DNA from: an uncultured bacterium
GTDB taxonomy: Bacteria > Verrucomicrobiota > Verrucomicrobiia > Limisphaerales > UBA8199
Assembly (NCBI GenBank): GCA_963749495.1
Contig: CAVVMW010000008.1
Location: 192,001 to 256,000 of the forward strand
Length of the DNA: 64,000 bases
Direction of reading: 5' to 3'
Positions 29,176 to 38,800 of this stretch are shown in pieces (position 1 is the stretch's first letter; the number at the start of each line of letters is the position of its first letter). The notes beneath the pieces were generated by a model, which was given only the letters and a program-made list of their open reading frames with translations, did no database searches and was not told the origin of the DNA. The translations under genes and the position numbers were made by a program.

Positions 29176-29339
29176 AAAGGCTAAAGGCTAAATTAAAGGC
29201 TAAAGGCTAAAGGCTGAAGGCTAAAGGCCGGAGGCGGGCGTTGCCTTGTCCATTTCGTCCCTCACGTCGCTTATGTCCCTTTTGTCCCTCAAGCCCAGCC
29301 TTCCGCACTTTAGCCTTTAGCCTTCAGCCTTTAGCCTTT
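29176..29339. repeat. Inverted heptamer pair (AAAGGCT)n ... (AGCCTTT)n with degenerate 9-mers in the spacer
   Basis: The right arm supplies the HAD gene stop (..PPKG*). Confidence 0.93.
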
Positions 29340-30002
29340 CGGGGGCCCGGTCAGGTCGGCCAGGGTTACCTCCGCTATGGCAGGCCGGACCAGGTCGGCG
29401 GCGCAGAGTTGGTCCGCGGGGAAAGTCTGCGCCACGGCCACGCACCGCATGCCGGCGCCCTTGGCGGCCTGCACCCCGTTGAGGGCGTCCTCAACCACCA
29501 CGCATTGCTCGGGAGCCAGGCCCAGCCCGGCTGCGGCGCTCAGAAAAATATCGGGCGCTGGCTTCTTGATCTTCACCTCTTCGCCCGTTACGACGAAGTC
29601 CCAGGTTTCGAGCGGCAAACCGATCTGGCGCAGGTTGGCGGCGATCTTGACGCGGTCGGCGCTGGAGGCCACCGCCACGCGCAGCCCCGCCTGGCGGCAG
29701 GCCACGACCAGGCGCCGGGCCCCGGGAAAGGCCCTGAGCTGCGAGGGGACCCGCTCGAGGTAGATCTCGTAAGTCCGGCGCTTTGCCGCAGCCAGGTCCA
29801 GCGGAAATCCGTGCCGCTCGGCAACCCCTCCGATATAGCGGTCTTCCCCCGCGCCGACAAACGGCCGAAAGTCTTCCGGCTCAACCCTCAGTCCCTTTTC
29901 CCGGAACATGGCGATGGCCGCCTGGTTGATCAGCGGCTCCGAATCGGTCAGCACGCCGTCCATATCGAAGATGACGGCACGAATGGATGGGGGATGGGGC
30001 AT
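29331..30002 (-). CDS. HAD-family phosphatase (beta-PGM-like)
   Basis: IFDMDGVL, VASS, KPAPDIF, VEDALNG. Confidence 0.93.
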   Translation of the reverse strand: MPHPPSIRAVIFDMDGVLTDSEPLINQAAIAMFREKGLRVEPEDFRPFVGAGEDRYIGGVAERHGFPLDLAAAKRRTYEIYLERVPSQLRAFPGARRLVVACRQAGLRVAVASSADRVKIAANLRQIGLPLETWDFVVTGEEVKIKKPAPDIFLSAAAGLGLAPEQCVVVEDALNGVQAAKGAGMRCVAVAQTFPADQLCAADLVRPAIAEVTLADLTGPPKG

Positions 30003-30011
30003 GGGCGGGAG

Positions 30012-30177
30012 GTGAAACGTGAAACGTGAACCCGGTAGGTGAGTGGCCCTCATTTTTCACGTTTCACGTTTCACGTTTCACGGTTCACGGTTCAGGGTTC
30101 AGCGTTCGGGGTTCACGGTTCAGGGTTCACGTTTCACGTTTCACGTTTCGTTTTTATCCGTGTTCGTCGGTGGTTGA
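30012..30177. repeat. Inverted heptamer pair (GTGAAAC)n ... (GTTTCAC/GGTTCAC)n plus ATCCGTGTTCGTCGGTGGTT motif
   Basis: Directly visible; the long right arm drifts through variants in phase. Confidence 0.9.
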
Positions 30178-31108
30178 ACCGCTGTACGCAGGACTGCCGA
30201 TGAGTTGGCGCAGCCGGCCAAGGACCTGGCTGACAGCCAGGCCGGCAAGGCCGGCGGGGTGGCGGAGGATGACGATCTTGGGGCTCGGGGGCCGCCAGAC
30301 TTCCTGGACGGAGTCGCCCCACAGGACGATGCCGGGCAGGTTCAAGGCGGCGGCCAGGTGCGAGATGCCGGAATCATGGCCGATGAAGCCGGCGCAACCC
30401 TGGAGGAGGCCGCCCAGTTCGGGCAGCGGCAGGCTCTGAGCGACGCGGAAACGACCGGGCGGAAGGAGAGCAGCCAGGCGTTGGAGCCGTTCCGCCTCGC
30501 CCTGGCCGCCGACCAGCAGGAGGTCCCACGGGCTGGCACGAACCAGGCCCTGGACCAACTCCGCCCATTTGGGTTCAGGCCAGTTCTTGCGCGGGCTGCC
30601 GCTGCCGGGCACCAGGGCCAGGAGGTTCGACGCGCCCGCTGGCTGCGGCAAGGCCAACTGCGGCACCGGGTCGGCATCGAAAATGGCCAGGCGCTCCAAT
30701 GGTTTGAGAAAGGCACTGGTGGCATGCAGACCGGCCCGTTCGTCCGGCCGATGCGGGCAGGCCAGGAAATAGGCGCCCGTGCAACGCCCCACGTTCGTCT
30801 GGAAGATCTCGTCCGGATCGTAGAGGTAGGAAACGATCAAGTCGAACTCCGAGAAGTAGTCCCTCATGCCCTCGGCCAGTTCGCCGTCGCGGGCGAAGAA
30901 GCCCGCCAGGGGCCGCGCCTCGATAGGCTGGAACGTGGTCCACCAAGCCGGCCGCCAGGGCCAACTGCACGATATGGGGGTAGCCCAGGACCTCCAGGCA
31001 GGCCAGGGGGAACTGGCGCCGCAACGCGGCAATCGCCGGCAGCGTGAGGATGAAATCCCCGATGGCGCCGCCGCGAATGACCAGGATCTTGCCCTGAAAT
31101 TCGTTCAC
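30154..31108 (-). CDS. GT9 glycosyltransferase (heptosyltransferase-like; apparent frameshift near 30930)
   Basis: KILVIRGGAIGDFIL; PGSGSPRKNWP; GHDSGISHLAAAL. Confidence 0.88.
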
Positions 31109-31113
31109 GGCTC

Positions 31114-31668
31114 CTAAAACCTCAGCACACCCAGCGCGGCGATGCACAGGCCGAAGACCAACCGCACCAGGCAGCCGATCTTGATGCGGCTCTCGTTGGC
31201 CGTGCCCCACTCGACGAAATCGCGCAGCCGCCACGGGGAGATGGTCAGCCACATCCCCGCCAGCGCCAGCACATAGGCCCAGGTCTGAATCACCAGTGTC
31301 CAGTGCGTCTCCCCCAGGCGCGGACGGCCCGTGTCCACCATGAGCTTGGCCAGCAGCAAGAGCACGACCGCCAGGCCCCGCACGGCCAGAAAGTCCTGGA
31401 CGAAGGCGCAGGCCCCGATGCCCACGGCAGCAAACACGCAGACCAGCACGTTCTTGTACGAGGCGAAGTCGGAGATGGATTCCTCGCTCAGGTTGTAGAG
31501 AAACCACGCGGTGCCGAGCAACATCAGGGCAAAGCCCCATGGCATCGAGCGCGGGAACCTGCGCAGCGCCGCCGCGTAGGCGGCCGGCTTGGCCAGTCCA
31601 TAAACCTGGGGCAGGGCAAAGCCAAGGCCAAGCGCGATGGCCAGGGTCGAGAGGCTCAAAGGGGACAT
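31114..31668 (-). CDS. Hypothetical membrane protein
   Basis: Several hydrophobic segments; abuts the GT9 gene. Confidence 0.75.
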   Translation of the reverse strand: MSPLSLSTLAIALGLGFALPQVYGLAKPAAYAAALRRFPRSMPWGFALMLLGTAWFLYNLSEESISDFASYKNVLVCVFAAVGIGACAFVQDFLAVRGLAVVLLLLAKLMVDTGRPRLGETHWTLVIQTWAYVLALAGMWLTISPWRLRDFVEWGTANESRIKIGCLVRLVFGLCIAALGVLRF

Positions 31669-31759
31669 AGTTTAAAGGGATTTCGAGTTTCGAAGCTCAT
31701 CAGCGATTCTACAATTCTAAGCCTATGCAACTTTTCATCCGGATGCGCAGCGAGGAACT

Positions 31760-31857
31760 GAATGACGAATGACGAATGACGAATGACGAATGGCAAAGGC
31801 GGCGGATTCATGTGCAGTTTCGTCATTCGTCATTCGTCATTCGTCATTCGTAATTCG
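31760..31857. repeat. Inverted heptamer pair (AATGACG)n ... (CGTCATT)n
   Basis: Immediately downstream of miaB. Confidence 0.95.
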
Positions 31858-31872
31858 GGGAATCCCAGCCCA

Positions 31873-33246
31873 TTAAAAGGGGTCCAGGTTCCCGTCGTGC
31901 GCCGCCTCTCCATAGAGCGTGAACGAGCCCGCGCGAGTGATGCGGACCTCCAGGAGCCGGCCGCGCAGCCGCTCGGCGGCGTCGAAGACGACGATCTTGT
32001 TGCAGCGGGTGCGGCCGGTGAAGCGGGCCGGGTTTTTCTTGCTGGGGCCCTCGACCAGGACCTCCACCTGCCGGCCGACAAAGGCCGCGTGGCGGCGCGC
32101 GGCGATGCGGTTAATGGTGTCGAGCAGGCGCCGGTGCCGTTCCTCACGCAACGGCTGAGGCACCTGGCCGGGCATGAGGGCGGCGGGCGTGTCGCGGCGC
32201 TCGGAATACTTGAAGACAAAGGCCTGGTCGAATTCCACTTCGCAGGCCAGGGAGAGGCTCTGCTCGAAGTCCTCCTCCGTCTCGCCGGGAAAGCCGACGA
32301 TGAAATCGGTGCTCAGCCCGATGGCCGGGTGGGTGCGCCGGAGCTTTTCAACCAGGTCCAGGTAACGTTGGCGGGTGTAGCCGCGGTGCATGAGTTTGAG
32401 GACGCGGTCGCTGCCGCTCTGGACCGGCAGGTGGGCGCTGGGGGCCAGCCTGGGCAGCCGCGCGTAGGCCGCCACCAGGTCGTCGCCATACCCCTTGGGG
32501 TGGGGGGAAGTGAACCGGATGCGTTCGATGCCCTCGACGGCGTGAACGGCCTCGACCAACTGGACGAACGGGGATTTGCCGCCCAGCACCGGGAGGTCGC
32601 GCTTGCCGTAGCTGGTGACGATTTGGCCCAGCAGGGTGATCTCCTTGACCCCGCGCGCCGCCAACTCCCGGCACTCGCCGACAACGTCCGCGATGGCCCG
32701 GCTGCGCTCCGGGCCGCGTGTGTAGGGGACGGTGCAGAAGGTGCAGTACTGGTTGCACCCCTGCATGATGCTGACGAAGGCGCTGACTGATTTTCTGCCG
32801 TTGCCCTCCAGGAGGTGCTCGCGGATCGCCGCCTCGCTCCCCTGCTCCGGGGCCACGTCCACCACCGCGCCGCAACGCCCGCCCAGGATGTCATCGAGGT
32901 GATCCGCAGTCCGATGGAATTTCTGCGTCCCGACCACCAGGTCGACGTCCGGCAAACGGTCCAGCAGTTCCTGGCCGCGGCTTTGAGCCATGCACCCCAG
33001 GAAACCGAGCACGACCTTGGAGCGGCGCCGGCGCAACTCGGCGATGACGTTCTCCATCTTGCGCAGGGCCTTTTGCTCCGCCAAATCCCGCACGCTGCAG
33101 GTGTTGAGCAGGATGACATCCGCGCTCGATTCCTCGCCCGCCAGGGTGTAGCCCCGCGCCACGAGCTGCGCCGCCACCGCCTCGCTGTCGCGCTCGTTCA
33201 TCTGGCACCCGTAAGTCTTGATATAAACACTCGGCATCTCTGACAA
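31873..33246 (-). CDS. miaB: tRNA-i6A37 methylthiotransferase
   Basis: TYGCQMN, NTCSVR, GCMAQ, CNQYCTFC, IRFTSPHP, TRAM domain. Confidence 0.96.
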   Translation of the reverse strand: MSEMPSVYIKTYGCQMNERDSEAVAAQLVARGYTLAGEESSADVILLNTCSVRDLAEQKALRKMENVIAELRRRRSKVVLGFLGCMAQSRGQELLDRLPDVDLVVGTQKFHRTADHLDDILGGRCGAVVDVAPEQGSEAAIREHLLEGNGRKSVSAFVSIMQGCNQYCTFCTVPYTRGPERSRAIADVVGECRELAARGVKEITLLGQIVTSYGKRDLPVLGGKSPFVQLVEAVHAVEGIERIRFTSPHPKGYGDDLVAAYARLPRLAPSAHLPVQSGSDRVLKLMHRGYTRQRYLDLVEKLRRTHPAIGLSTDFIVGFPGETEEDFEQSLSLACEVEFDQAFVFKYSERRDTPAALMPGQVPQPLREERHRRLLDTINRIAARRHAAFVGRQVEVLVEGPSKKNPARFTGRTRCNKIVVFDAAERLRGRLLEVRITRAGSFTLYGEAAHDGNLDPF

Positions 33247-33295
33247 ACGCCGAGCAAGTTACGCTACCGCCCCCGCCTTGAAAAGGCGGAAACCG

Positions 33296-33421
33296 TGACG
33301 AATGACGAATGACGAATGACGAATGACGAATCACAGAACTGCCTCGGGCAGACCTGCGTCCCTTGTGTCCCTCATATTCGTCATTCGTCATTCGTCATTC
33401 GTCATTCGTCCCTTTTGTCCC
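33296..33421. repeat. Inverted heptamer pair (AATGACG)n ... (CGTCATT)n with TTTTGTCCC 9-mers
   Basis: The right arm supplies the stop of the GIY-YIG gene (..KGTNDE*). Confidence 0.95.
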
Positions 33422-34174
33422 TCCGCGTGATTTGAACCCGCCCGCAACTGTCTCGAGGTCCGCTTCCTGGACGGCCCGCTCGAAGGGCCGGCTTGCGAGC
33501 GAGGCCCCGGCCCGAATCCATTCGGCAAACTCATCCGCCCGGCCGCCCAGGAGCGCGCCCAGCCAAGCCTCTGCCTCCTTGAAGTGGGCCCGCGCCGCCT
33601 TGTGGCGCCGCAGGCTGGCGGTCGGGCCGTGCCGGCCCTGGAACCAGCCCGCTGGCATCCCGGCCAGGCCCCGCTGCGGTTGAAGGGCGCACCACAGCAG
33701 CCGCGCCAGGGCCGCGCGCACAGGGACTGCCCCCGCTCCCAAAGGACCATGACACTGCCAGCCCTCCTCGGGTGCGGGCAGCACCGCCAAATCCAGCCCT
33801 TGCTCGGTCTGGCGCCAGGCCAGGAACCGCGCCGGCCCGGGCCATGTCCCCGCCCGGTTGAAGCGCGGACGCAAGCTCCTGAGCAACTCGGATTCACGCG
33901 CCAGGGCGCCGGCCTCGTCGGGACAGGCCTCCAGCTCGATGCTGGCGACGGCGCGGAGCAAGCGGAGGTGCCGGCGGGCCAGCCGGTCCGGGTTGGCCAC
34001 CCGGTAGCTCCCCAGCCGCCTCCGCAGGTTCCTGGCTTTGCCCACGTAGAGCACCGTCCCGGCTGCATCGCGCATCAGGTACACGCCCGGACCCTCGGGC
34101 GCCTTGAGGAAAAACTCCCTTCCCAACCGCTCGACCAGCGGACGCGGGTCCGGAAAGAGAAGCATTTGAGCCAC
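33395..34174 (-). CDS. Stand-alone GIY-YIG nuclease (UvrC/Cho-like N-terminus)
   Basis: PGVYLMRD..LYVGKARNLRRRL.SY..ALARE..RPRFN. Confidence 0.85.
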   Translation of the reverse strand: MAQMLLFPDPRPLVERLGREFFLKAPEGPGVYLMRDAAGTVLYVGKARNLRRRLGSYRVANPDRLARRHLRLLRAVASIELEACPDEAGALARESELLRSLRPRFNRAGTWPGPARFLAWRQTEQGLDLAVLPAPEEGWQCHGPLGAGAVPVRAALARLLWCALQPQRGLAGMPAGWFQGRHGPTASLRRHKAARAHFKEAEAWLGALLGGRADEFAEWIRAGASLASRPFERAVQEADLETVAGGFKSRGGTKGTNDE

Positions 34175-34274
34175 GGCGGGATTCTTAGCACGCTTTGAGG
34201 CGGGTGCCAAACGCGACGTTGTGAAAGTTAGACTCCGCGGTGTAATTGCGTAAACTGTAGGAGGACGAAGGACT

Positions 34275-36614
34275 ATGCGAACGCAACAGACCATGGAAGG
34301 CCACCCGGATGCCCAGCCGCGGCCGCCGCGCAACGTGACCGAGCTCCGGGTGGCTGGGATGACGTGCGGGCACTGTGCCCAGCGCGTGACCCAGGCCATT
34401 CAGAGCGTGGCCGGCGTACACAGCGCGACCGTCAGCCTCGAATCCGGCGCGGCGCACGTCCGCTGGCAGCCGCAGGCCAACCTGGACGCGCAGGCGGTCA
34501 TCCGGGCCATCGGAGAGGCCGGCTACCGGGCCGGTGTGGTCGAGAAGGCCGCCCAGGATACCGGGGAGCGGAAGCTGGCGGGCTGGCAGCTCAATTTGTG
34601 GATCGGGGTGCTGGGGGCCTTGCCGTTGATGGTTGGGGAGTGGGTCCTGGGGCTGGGAATGAGACCCTGGTTTGGCTGGTTTTCGTTTGTGCTGGCGGGC
34701 ATCGTCCAGATCTTTGCCGGGGCGCGCTTTTACCAGGGGGCCTGGATGCAACTCAAGGCGGGCGCTGCGAACATGGACTTGCTGGTGGCCCTGGGCTCGA
34801 CCACGGCCTTCGGCTACAGCACTTGGGCGTTGTTCAGCGGCCAGGGCAGCCACCTCTATTTCATGGAGGCGGCCTCGATCATCGCGCTCATCAGCGTGGG
34901 ACACTGGCTGGAGTCGCGGGTGAGCGTGCGGGCCTCCGACGCCCTCCGGGGCTTGCTGGACTTGGCCCCGGCGATGGCGCGCCGGCTCGGCCAGGATGGG
35001 CGCGAGAGTGAGGTCCCGGTGGCCGAACTGGAGGCCGGCGGCCTCGTCGTGCTGCGTCCGGGCGACCGGGTGCCGACCGACGGCCAGGTAGTCGAGGGCG
35101 ATTCGGCGGTGGACGAATCGATGCTGACGGGCGAATCGACCCCGCAGGACAAGACGGTCGGCAGCCCGCTCTATGCCGGCACGGTGAATATCAACGGGCG
35201 GCTGCTCATGCGTGTGACCGCCACCGGCCAGGAGACCGCCCTGGCGCACATCATCGAGGCCGTCCAACGCGCCCAGACCAGCCGCGCCCGCATCCAGCGC
35301 CTGGGCGATCGCGTCAGCAGCATCTTCGTGCCGGCGGTCGTTGCCGTGGCAGCGGCGGCCGGTTTATGGTGGGGCCTGGCCCCGGCCGCGGCGAGCGCTG
35401 CCCATGCCTGGCTGGGGCGCCTCATCTGGGTCGCAACGCCGCCTGCGGACCCGCTGGCCGCGGCCATCATCATCGCCGCCGCAGTGCTGATCATCGCTTG
35501 CCCATGCGCCATGGGCCTGGCGACGCCGGCAGCCATCATGGCCGGTTCGAATGCCGCCGCCCAGCGCGGCATTCTCATCCGCGACGGCATTGCGCTGGAA
35601 AAGGCGGGCGAGGTCACCGCCGTGCTTTTCGACAAGACCGGCACCCTGACCGCAGGTAAACCGGAGGTGGCCGCGGTGATCGCAGTCCACAGTCCACAGT
35701 CCACGGTCCACAGTCGGGGCGTCGGGACGGATCATTCGTCATTCGTCATTCGTCATTCGTCATTCGTCACCCTGGCCGCCGGGCTGGCGACGCATTCGAC
35801 GCACCCGCTCAGCCAGGCCATCGCCCGGCTCGAGGCCGAGCCGGCCCGGCTCGATCAATGGGAAGAGGTCCGCGGGGCGGGCGTCAAGGGGACGCTGTCC
35901 GGGACGCAGCAGACGGCGCGCCTGGGGTCGTTGCGTTGGCTGGAGGAGTCCGGGGTGGACCTGGCCCCGGGCCGGGCGTTCGTCGAGGAGTGGTCGGCCC
36001 TGGGAGCGACAATTCTTGGCGTGGCGGTGGACCACACGCTGGCGGGGTTGTTCGCCGTGAAAGACACGCTGAAACCGGGCGCTCGCCAGGTCGTCGAGCA
36101 ACTCCATCGGCAAGGGCTCAAGACCTGGCTGGTTACGGGGGACAATGTGCTGACGGCGTCGAGCATTGCCAGGCAGGCGGGGATCGCGGCCGAGAATGTC
36201 TTTGGTGAGGTCAGTCCCGAGCAGAAGGCGGAACTGGTCAGGCGCCTGCAGGGCCAGGGCGAGCGGGTCGCATTCGTGGGGGACGGCATCAATGACGCCC
36301 CGGCGCTGGCGCAGGCGGACCTGGGCATCGCCGTCAGCCGGGCCAGCGACGTGGCGCGCGAGGCGGCCGACCTTATCCTGCTCCGGTCGGGAATTGAGGC
36401 GGTGCCGGAGGGGTTGGGCCTGGCGCGCGCAACGCTGCGCACCATCAAGCAAAACCTCTTCTGGGCCTTTTTCTATAACGCCATCGGCATCCCCCTGGCG
36501 GCCTTGGGTTTCATGAGCCCGATCCTCTGCGCCGCCGCCATGGGGCTGTCCGACCTGGTCGTCATCGGCAATGCCCTGCGCCTGCGGCGATGGAGGCTGC
36601 GGCCCGGAGCCTGA
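34275..36614 (+). CDS. copA: Cu+-type P1B ATPase
   Basis: GMTCGHC HMA domain, TGES, CPC, DKTGT, HP, GDGINDAP, YN. Confidence 0.92.
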   Translation: MRTQQTMEGHPDAQPRPPRNVTELRVAGMTCGHCAQRVTQAIQSVAGVHSATVSLESGAAHVRWQPQANLDAQAVIRAIGEAGYRAGVVEKAAQDTGERKLAGWQLNLWIGVLGALPLMVGEWVLGLGMRPWFGWFSFVLAGIVQIFAGARFYQGAWMQLKAGAANMDLLVALGSTTAFGYSTWALFSGQGSHLYFMEAASIIALISVGHWLESRVSVRASDALRGLLDLAPAMARRLGQDGRESEVPVAELEAGGLVVLRPGDRVPTDGQVVEGDSAVDESMLTGESTPQDKTVGSPLYAGTVNINGRLLMRVTATGQETALAHIIEAVQRAQTSRARIQRLGDRVSSIFVPAVVAVAAAAGLWWGLAPAAASAAHAWLGRLIWVATPPADPLAAAIIIAAAVLIIACPCAMGLATPAAIMAGSNAAAQRGILIRDGIALEKAGEVTAVLFDKTGTLTAGKPEVAAVIAVHSPQSTVHSRGVGTDHSSFVIRHSSFVTLAAGLATHSTHPLSQAIARLEAEPARLDQWEEVRGAGVKGTLSGTQQTARLGSLRWLEESGVDLAPGRAFVEEWSALGATILGVAVDHTLAGLFAVKDTLKPGARQVVEQLHRQGLKTWLVTGDNVLTASSIARQAGIAAENVFGEVSPEQKAELVRRLQGQGERVAFVGDGINDAPALAQADLGIAVSRASDVAREAADLILLRSGIEAVPEGLGLARATLRTIKQNLFWAFFYNAIGIPLAALGFMSPILCAAAMGLSDLVVIGNALRLRRWRLRPGA
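35683..35769. repeat. (ACAGTCC)n plus (CGTCATT)n arrays in-frame in copA
   Basis: Encodes [22 protein letters not shown] just after DKTGT. Confidence 0.93.
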
Positions 36615-36665
36615 GGGCGTTGCAGGCCGTCCGACCTGTCGGACCGGTCCGACCCGTCCGACTCT

Positions 36666-37148
36666 TCACGCCCCCTGCGAATTGGTCCGGGCCGGCATGA
36701 TCTGGGCGGGGCGCTCGTGAGGCGGTTGGGCGCGGCGGGGCTCGCGGCCGCGCTGCTGCTGTTGTTTCTGCAGGGCCTCCTGGAAGCGCGCCTGTTGTTC
36801 CGGGGTCAGCACGTCCCGGAAGGCCTGCTGTACCTTCTTGACCTCGTCCTGCAATTGCGGCCGCACGGGCTCCATGATCTTGCGCGTGCGTTCCTGGGCC
36901 TGGCGGAGGATGGCGTCGATGCGCTCGTTCTGCTGGGGTGTGAGGTTGAGTTCACGCTGCATGCGCCGCAGCAGTTCCAGGCGAAGGCCTCCCGGGGAGA
37001 AGGGCGGCTGGCCCGCGCGCGGGGCGAAGCCGCCATGCTGCGGGCGGACGTGGCGGGCCTGGTCCACGTGGTGGACCAACAGGCCCCCCGTGCCCACGCC
37101 GGCGCCGAAGATCACGACCGTGGCCAGGATGACTCGCCAGGAGTTCAC
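36666..37148 (-). CDS. Spy/CpxP-like helical periplasmic protein
   Basis: Signal anchor; ELNLTPQQ and VLTPEQ motifs. Confidence 0.7.
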   Translation of the reverse strand: MNSWRVILATVVIFGAGVGTGGLLVHHVDQARHVRPQHGGFAPRAGQPPFSPGGLRLELLRRMQRELNLTPQQNERIDAILRQAQERTRKIMEPVRPQLQDEVKKVQQAFRDVLTPEQQARFQEALQKQQQQRGREPRRAQPPHERPAQIMPARTNSQGA

Positions 37149-37458
37149 AGGGGCAGGTCGGGGATTGTTCCGATTCTGCCGCTGCCAGGACGGTGTTCTC
37201 GAGGTCCTGGGAGAGGTCGTTGCCCGGCGGAGCGTATGCCGGGGAGAACCAACCCCATGCCGCCAGCACGAACATGACCGCCAAACACGGCGCGGCTGCG
37301 CGCCAGAGGGCCCTCGACCACGACTCCCAGGCATCGATCACGGGGCTAGCCCGGATTCGCGCCAGGATGCGCCGCTCGAAAGCGCTCGGGACGCCCTTGC
37401 TCGGGGGGTTCCCCCGGGCGGTCACGACCAGTTTTCGCTGCAATTCAGCCAAGTCCAT
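37145..37458 (-). CDS. Putative anti-sigma factor (apparent frameshift near 37160)
   Basis: VPSAFERRILARI plus one TM; one added C gives a TGA overlapping the next GTG. Confidence 0.65.
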
Positions 37459-37513
37459 ACAACCTTTGGTTTTTTTAGACGCCCAGCCATCGACAGGGGT
37501 TACACCGGGCTGG

Positions 37514-38089
37514 TCATAGATACTTCTCTTTGGTCATTCTGGCCAGGATCTTGCGCATCTCGGCGCGGGCCCGGAAGGCGCGGACCTTGACCAGGGGCAC
37601 CGACCACCCGGTGAGGGCGGCGATTTCCTTGACGGCGCGTTCCTCGATCTCCAGCAGCGTGATGACCAGCCGCGCGGGCGGCGAGAGTTGCTCGAGCACC
37701 CGCCCGACCAATTGCCGCGCCGCCTCGGCATCCTCGACGGCCGAAGACGGCTGGCTCACAAACCGTTCCAGCCAATCCTGCTCGGACTCCGAGAGGTCCG
37801 TGAACGTGGCCTCCCGGTTGCGCCGATGGCTGCGCAGGGCATCGTAGCAGGTCCGCACCGCCAGCCGCATCAACCAATGCTCGAACGGCGCCTCGCCCCG
37901 AAAACTGCCCAGCTTCTGGAAGGCCTTCACCCACACCTCCTGCACGATGTCCTCGACCTCGCTCTCCCGCCGCGCGTAGCGCCGGGCCGTCGCGAAAAGC
38001 CGGGGCGAATACCGCCCCACCAAAGGCTCGAAGCTGGCAGTGTCACCTTGCAACACTGCGGCTATCAGCTCCGCTTCGGTCGGTTCCAT
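37514..38089 (-). CDS. ECF sigma factor
   Basis: EDIVQEV..AF, FEHWL, EIAALTGWS...VKVRAFRAR. Confidence 0.93.
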   Translation of the reverse strand: MEPTEAELIAAVLQGDTASFEPLVGRYSPRLFATARRYARRESEVEDIVQEVWVKAFQKLGSFRGEAPFEHWLMRLAVRTCYDALRSHRRNREATFTDLSESEQDWLERFVSQPSSAVEDAEAARQLVGRVLEQLSPPARLVITLLEIEERAVKEIAALTGWSVPLVKVRAFRARAEMRKILARMTKEKYL

Positions 38090-38197
38090 CTGCCGCAATA
38101 TGCCAAATCCACTCCGGCAAAGTCAAAAGGCCAAGGGATTAAAAGACCACGGGGGGCGCAGCTTGACAGTACCACCACTCGCGAACGCCTAAGGCTC

Positions 38198-38358
38198 GGA
38201 GCGCGGACTTTAGCCCGCTTATGGCGTCGGCCGGTTGGGCCGGCTCGGGTGTCTTCCAAGGCCGGCCCTCCTTCCGGTTCTTTGAGCTTCGAACACCCCA
38301 GCCAGATCGGGCCTGTGGTGGCTCTCGGGCGGTCTAAGCGGACTAAAGTCCGCGCTCC
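38198..38358. repeat. Long palindrome / MITE-like element
   Basis: GGAGCGCGGACTTTAGCCCGCTTA ... TAAGCGGACTAAAGTCCGCGCTCC (24-bp inverted arms, one mismatch). Confidence 0.85.
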
Positions 38359-38443
38359 GGTCGTACTGTGAGGCTACGCCCGACCAAGAGACAAAAGGGA
38401 CCGAAGACACAAAGGGGAGCATCGGTTGGGCTGGGACACCACA

Positions 38444-38707
38444 TTAGCCGGTTTTTGGCCCCGCGCTGCCAAAGGTCTTTTCGAAGTCCGCGGAGAACTT
38501 GGTCAGGGCGCCGGCGATCTTGGGCGGCTGCTCGACCAGCGTGACGATCATCCGTTCGGCCATTTGGGGCTTGGTGCGGAGCAACTCGATCGCCGCGACC
38601 ATGAGCGAGAGGCGGTTGTTGATGTCGTGGCGCAAGGTGGAGAGCATCTGGTTGAGCTCGGCCACCTGCTCGGCGGTCAGATTCACAGGTCAACTTGGCA
38701 GTGCCAT
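38444..38707 (-). CDS. Small stand-alone HisKA-like protein (in-frame TGA at codon 6, or GTG start at 38686)
   Basis: LSTLRHDINNRLSLM H-box pattern. Confidence 0.65.
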
Positions 38708-38800
38708 TACCAACAATGCCCCGAAAGGTGCCCGGGAGGCAAGCGGGTTTCCACCAAGTTTTCATGTCCTTTTGCGCCGGCTTGTGGCAAATCACCCCGG

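Noticed and set aside
38690..38692. Selenocysteine readthrough at the in-frame TGA
   Set aside because: No redox motif context and no evident SECIS hairpin.
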